From the IMG/VR virus record IMGVR_UViG_3300038379_000173, positions 128,001 to 167,041 of that record: a DNA stretch of 39,041 nucleotides. One strand, 5' to 3'. The DNA comes from a virus (taxonomy: Duplodnaviria > Heunggongvirae > Uroviricota > Caudoviricetes). Made by a program: the position numbers and the translations under genes. Under the pieces are notes generated by a model. The model saw nothing but the letters and a program-made list of their open reading frames with translations, had not been told where the DNA came from and searched no databases. Position 1 is the stretch's first letter, and each line of letters begins with the position of its first letter. Below are positions 35,780-39,041 of this stretch, in pieces.

Positions 35780-35968
35780 ATGAGGCTAAAAGTAAATGTT
35801 CCGCAGGAAGATGTACCGCTGGGTACAAAGGTATATGTACTAACCGAGTTGGACGATACTTTTGTTGAGATTGAGGCCGCCATAGAAGATGAGAGGTTTG
35901 TTGGCGGCCATCGCTATGTAACTCTCATTCTGCCGAAGAGTAGTTTGGTGTATGACCAAGAAACTTAA
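35780..35968 (+). CDS. Hypothetical protein
   Basis: MRLKVNVPQEDVPLG...; packed run. Confidence 0.55.
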   Translation: MRLKVNVPQEDVPLGTKVYVLTELDDTFVEIEAAIEDERFVGGHRYVTLILPKSSLVYDQET

Positions 35969-36215
35969 GTGTTGCGTAAATTGCGGACAGCGCATTGTAT
36001 TGACACATACATTTACTGATATGAATGGGAAAACTTACCTAACCTATAGACACTATAGAAAAGGTGATAATACATATTATTGCGAGCCGGCCGATGTTTT
36101 CCCAGAAAAACCGCCGCCGGCCTGTCATGTTTGTAGGACAACCAGCACCATACATGGGCACTTTTGTTCTGCGGCTGGTATACCTATGTATCATGCGGAG
36201 TTAGCAAATGACTAA
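35952..36215 (+). CDS. Cys/His-rich hypothetical protein
   Basis: CVNC, CHVC, HGHFC. Confidence 0.6.
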   Translation: MTKKLKCCVNCGQRIVLTHTFTDMNGKTYLTYRHYRKGDNTYYCEPADVFPEKPPPACHVCRTTSTIHGHFCSAAGIPMYHAELAND

Positions 36216-36402
36216 AGAATATACGATTGTATATAGTGTTTCCACGTCTCCATTTGGTGGCCAAGTTTTAACGGAAAAGTTTATAACGAATGACTTAAAG
36301 CAATATGTTGCAGAAAACTACTGCACAGATAGTTGGGATTTAAAGCGTCTCATTATCCATGGGATTTTTGAAGGCCGCCCTATTCCTACTTCTATGTATT
36401 AG
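36208..36402 (+). CDS. Hypothetical protein
   Basis: GGAG RBS, overlaps upstream gene. Confidence 0.6.
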   Translation: MTKEYTIVYSVSTSPFGGQVLTEKFITNDLKQYVAENYCTDSWDLKRLIIHGIFEGRPIPTSMY

Positions 36403-36487
36403 AGCTGACATAAACATTGACACGTAACGCACTCCATGGCCCTATAGCTCGATGGAATAATAGCTCATAGACTATGAGGAAATAAAT

Positions 36488-36937
36488 ATGGTTCTATACC
36501 ATTTGACGCCTAAGTTTTTGGGTGCAAAATGCTTCTTAAAACCAAAGAGTCACGGGGATAATAACCCTGATAGAATCTGCACCACTCCTAGTGTAGCTCA
36601 ATGTCTACTAGCAATTCCAATGGATAGTCTTAATGGAACGCCACTTAAAGTCTACAAGTGTAATACTACAGAATACATAAGTGCAGGTCATGCAGAATTT
36701 GACACTTCTATAACCAAAGAAAAGTGGATTCTAACACCACAGAAGTTTAAACTAGTCGCTACACTAAACAGCGAAATTAGTCTGTTTATTAGGTCATTTG
36801 TTTATGCTGACAATAGCGGAATAGAAGATAACCACCTGAGTAGGCGTGATAGACTAGTGTTGCTTAGGATAAGACTAAGAGCGATTAGGAGTTTTCTAAA
36901 AACCTACAAACACTGGATTTATCCGCTCGAATCCTAA
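36488..36937 (+). CDS. Hypothetical protein, possible ADP-ribosyltransferase-like fold
   Basis: GAGGA RBS; LYH...RICTTPS...TKEKWI spacing recalls an H-[ST]-E ART triad. Confidence 0.5.
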   Translation: MVLYHLTPKFLGAKCFLKPKSHGDNNPDRICTTPSVAQCLLAIPMDSLNGTPLKVYKCNTTEYISAGHAEFDTSITKEKWILTPQKFKLVATLNSEISLFIRSFVYADNSGIEDNHLSRRDRLVLLRIRLRAIRSFLKTYKHWIYPLES

Positions 36938-36953
36938 AAGATAAACACTAAAC

Positions 36954-37038
36954 GACCGTGTGCCAGAACAGAGATTGGGCTCGCCTTCTAAGCGAAGCGG
37001 CGGAAACGCCATTGTGGGTGCGAATCCTACCACGGTCA
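36954..37038 (+). tRNA. tRNA with Arg anticodon TCT and a long variable arm
   Basis: GACCGTG/CACGGTC acceptor, CCAG/TTGG D stem, TCGC-CTTCTAA-GCGA anticodon arm, GGCG-GAAA-CGCC variable stem, GTGGG-TGCGAAT-CCTAC T arm. Confidence 0.85.
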
Positions 37039-37144
37039 TTCTCAAGCAAGATGTATGTTCAACTCTGCTGGTGCCCTAGATAGGAAGAGAAAAGAAATGA
37101 GCGGCCCATGGTAAGTGTCCAAGTTGCGGGAGAGAATAAGAAAT

Positions 37145-38152
37145 CTACAGCAACAGATATTTTTCCTGGAACTCCTTCCAGTTTTTGACCTTGAGGTGTT
37201 TGTAGACCGCTTTATCACTAACGCCAAGTTCACGACCAACGGCAGAAAAACCCCTAGAGAGGATATCTTTGACCAGTTGTTCTTCGGGCGGCCAAACAAC
37301 CAATTTAACGGTAGCTAGATAACACTTATGACATCTTGAAATATTTTTAGCGCCAGTTCTGCCGCCACAAACAGAACACTTCCCACAACGTGTAATGTTG
37401 TCCGTTTTCCATGGCACTGGAAGACCATGCGGTGTTATAGATACCATGTAATGTCTCAAAGTACTACTGTCTACTTTAAATTTAGTAGCTAGAGCTTGCA
37501 GTGTATCTGCGCGAAGAAACTCACAACATTCTGTGTAAGAAGGCCAGTTGGTCTTGTCTATTGCGTTCTTGTGCTTTGCGCAATCCAAACAATACTTCGC
37601 TTTTTTTGTTTTTGCGGCTCCACAACTTGGACACGTTGGTTTGTTTGCTAAAACCATCTGGTGGTGTATCACGCCACGTCGCCTATATTGATTCCTGCCA
37701 GCAAAAGTTGGCGTCTGAGAATGGCAATTTGGGCATAGTATGCGAAGATTTTCTAAGCGGTTATCATAACGGTCTCCATTAATATGGTCCAAATGCAATG
37801 TAAGAGGCTGACCAAGCCAATCTACAATAGAGCATAAAGCACACTGATTCTGTAGTAATCCTTCTTTTAGTAATCTTGCTTTAAAATCTGTGGTAGAAAC
37901 CTTTGTGTCGGTACGTAAATACTCTTCTATTGGGATAGGTGTTTTGGGTGTGGCCTTGATTCCGTGATGTTTTTTTCTATTATCATGTGTCATGTGACTT
38001 ATGTCCAATTGGAGTTCATGTAATAGTTGTTTGGCTGTGATATAACAGCCGCCACGATATGTTAGACCCAATTTTTCCATCGCTTCTTTCATAGAAAAGC
38101 TGGACCTTACTGCCTCAATAAACTGTTCGTTGGTATACGTTCTGTAGCGCAT
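37145..38152 (-). CDS. HNH homing endonuclease, free-standing between two tRNA genes
   Basis: CALC...LHLDHINGDRYDNRLENLRILCPNCHSQT; N-terminal HTH; two C-terminal CxxC-CxxC + WP + HTH modules; AAAGGA RBS. Confidence 0.9.
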   Translation of the reverse strand: MRYRTYTNEQFIEAVRSSFSMKEAMEKLGLTYRGGCYITAKQLLHELQLDISHMTHDNRKKHHGIKATPKTPIPIEEYLRTDTKVSTTDFKARLLKEGLLQNQCALCSIVDWLGQPLTLHLDHINGDRYDNRLENLRILCPNCHSQTPTFAGRNQYRRRGVIHHQMVLANKPTCPSCGAAKTKKAKYCLDCAKHKNAIDKTNWPSYTECCEFLRADTLQALATKFKVDSSTLRHYMVSITPHGLPVPWKTDNITRCGKCSVCGGRTGAKNISRCHKCYLATVKLVVWPPEEQLVKDILSRGFSAVGRELGVSDKAVYKHLKVKNWKEFQEKYLLL

Positions 38153-38240
38153 AAAAAATCCTTTCTACTCTAGAATACACCTCAAAGTGACATCTCCTCT
38201 GACAAGACTGTATTATGTCACTCTTTGAAACCTAACAAAC

Positions 38241-38312
38241 GGGCCTGTAGTTTAAAGGCAAGAACAAATGGCTTATAACCATTGAATAACAGTTCAATTC
38301 TGTTCAGGCCCA
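38241..38312 (+). tRNA. tRNA-Ile (anticodon TAT)
   Basis: GGGCCTG/CAGGCCC acceptor, GTTT/GAAC D stem, AATGG-CTTATAA-CCATT, AACAG-TTCAATT-CTGTT. Confidence 0.92.
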
Positions 38313-38337
38313 TACATTCTTACTATGTGAGGTTACT

Positions 38338-38601
38338 GTGGAAGTCAAGTTTTTCCCAAGCAACGATAAACCGTTCACTCTCAAGGTAGAACGTCAACAT
38401 GATGGGATTTACGTGAAAACAAAGCACAATAAAACCGTCGCAGTAATGCGGCTCAAAGAGAAAGATGGAGACAAAGTGCTTTTAGTAATTGATGCAGAGT
38501 GGGTAGACGCTGGGGTGACCCAACGCTCTATCACTGCGGATATTTCGAAGCCAACTCTTCTAATGTCGTATGAGCAAGGCCCTACGGGCCGCAGCGAATA
38601 A
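38338..38601 (+). CDS. Hypothetical protein
   Basis: GAGGT RBS, GTG start. Confidence 0.6.
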   Translation: MEVKFFPSNDKPFTLKVERQHDGIYVKTKHNKTVAVMRLKEKDGDKVLLVIDAEWVDAGVTQRSITADISKPTLLMSYEQGPTGRSE

Positions 38602-38602
38602 T

Positions 38603-38710
38603 ATGTCAACATTCGAAGTTCTCATCCATCCCATTGTTCTCAGCCCCCACTCCAATGCTGACAAACTATCCATTGTTTACTTGGGCGGCTTTCAATGTCT
38701 TGCTATGTGA
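38603..38710 (+). pseudogene. Truncated remnant resembling the N-terminus of DRB0094-family RNA ligases
   Basis: MSTFEVLIHPIVLSPHSNADKLSIVYLGGFQCLAM* recalls the (P)HPNADxL...GxQC OB-type start; stops after 35 aa. Confidence 0.5.
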
Positions 38711-38844
38711 CGTAGCGTATAGTGGAGAAGAAATCCCAACTGAAACAAATCGCGGCATGGACTGGATTGGGGACTTTGCCGCAAAAACCTTGGAAGTAGC
38801 ACAGAAATTTGACTAAGCCGTGGTAGCCAATTAAAAAGGACAAT

Positions 38845-39041
38845 ATGACCGATATCGAAAAACTCATTGCGGCCCTTCCGGCCAATCGTTTGTATGTCGA
38901 TACTTGCGGCGCCCAAGGCGCTCGAATTGAGATGGTGGGCGCAAACCTCTGGGGCACAAATCTCAGGGGCGCAGACCTCAGGGGCGTATACCTCAGTGGC
39001 GCAAACCTCTGGGGCGCAAACCTCGAGGGCGCAAACCTCAG
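38845..39041 (+). CDS. Pentapeptide-repeat protein paralog, partial (runs off window)
   Basis: AAGGA RBS; [36 protein letters not shown]..., near-identical to 34950 onward. Confidence 0.9.
   Translation, partial: MTDIEKLIAALPANRLYVDTCGAQGARIEMVGANLWGTNLRGADLRGVYLSGANLWGANLEGANL

Noticed and set aside
36438-36470. tRNA gene starting GGCCCTATAGCTC
   Set aside because: Resembles a tRNA 5' end but has no anticodon arm, T arm or 3' acceptor strand
36954-37038. Amber suppressor reading (CTA) of this tRNA, and genome recoding
   Set aside because: Stem pairing TCGC/GCGA centres TCT in the 7-nt loop; many genes end cleanly at TAG and long genes are intact in the standard code
30801-39041. Diversity-generating retroelement (TR/VR pair) among the pentapeptide paralogs
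   Set aside because: Differences between copies are not adenine-specific (for example CTC/CTT, GAC/TGC, GGT/GGC) and no reverse transcriptase is in the window

Overview
A 39 kb piece of a large tailed dsDNA phage genome (Caudoviricetes-like; host cannot be assigned from the sequence). Left part (1-15.9 kb, minus strand): head and packaging operon read right to left (probable small terminase, ERCC4-type nuclease, large terminase, membrane-anchored PAS protein, portal, protease/scaffold, decoration protein, major capsid), preceded by virion-type genes, a sigma-70-like factor and a class II ribonucleotide reductase. 16-18.8 kb (plus strand): C39-like peptidase, MT-A70 adenine methyltransferase, Mom-like protein. 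19-39 kb (mostly plus strand): early/accessory region of small ORFs, several decayed genes, three paralogous pentapeptide-repeat genes, three tRNAs (Leu-CAA, Arg-TCT, Ile-TAT) and an antisense HNH endonuclease. The most unusual content is non-coding: (i) a dispersed twin-hairpin element in 10 clear copies at gene boundaries, with compensatory changes in both stems; (ii) a roughly 800-nt densely structured ORF-free segment bracketed by two miniature tRNA-like elements; (iii) five non-canonical tRNA-like elements in total; (iv) an iteron-like non-coding region. All protein calls come from motif recognition by eye and all base pairings were derived by hand; no database search or folding program was run.
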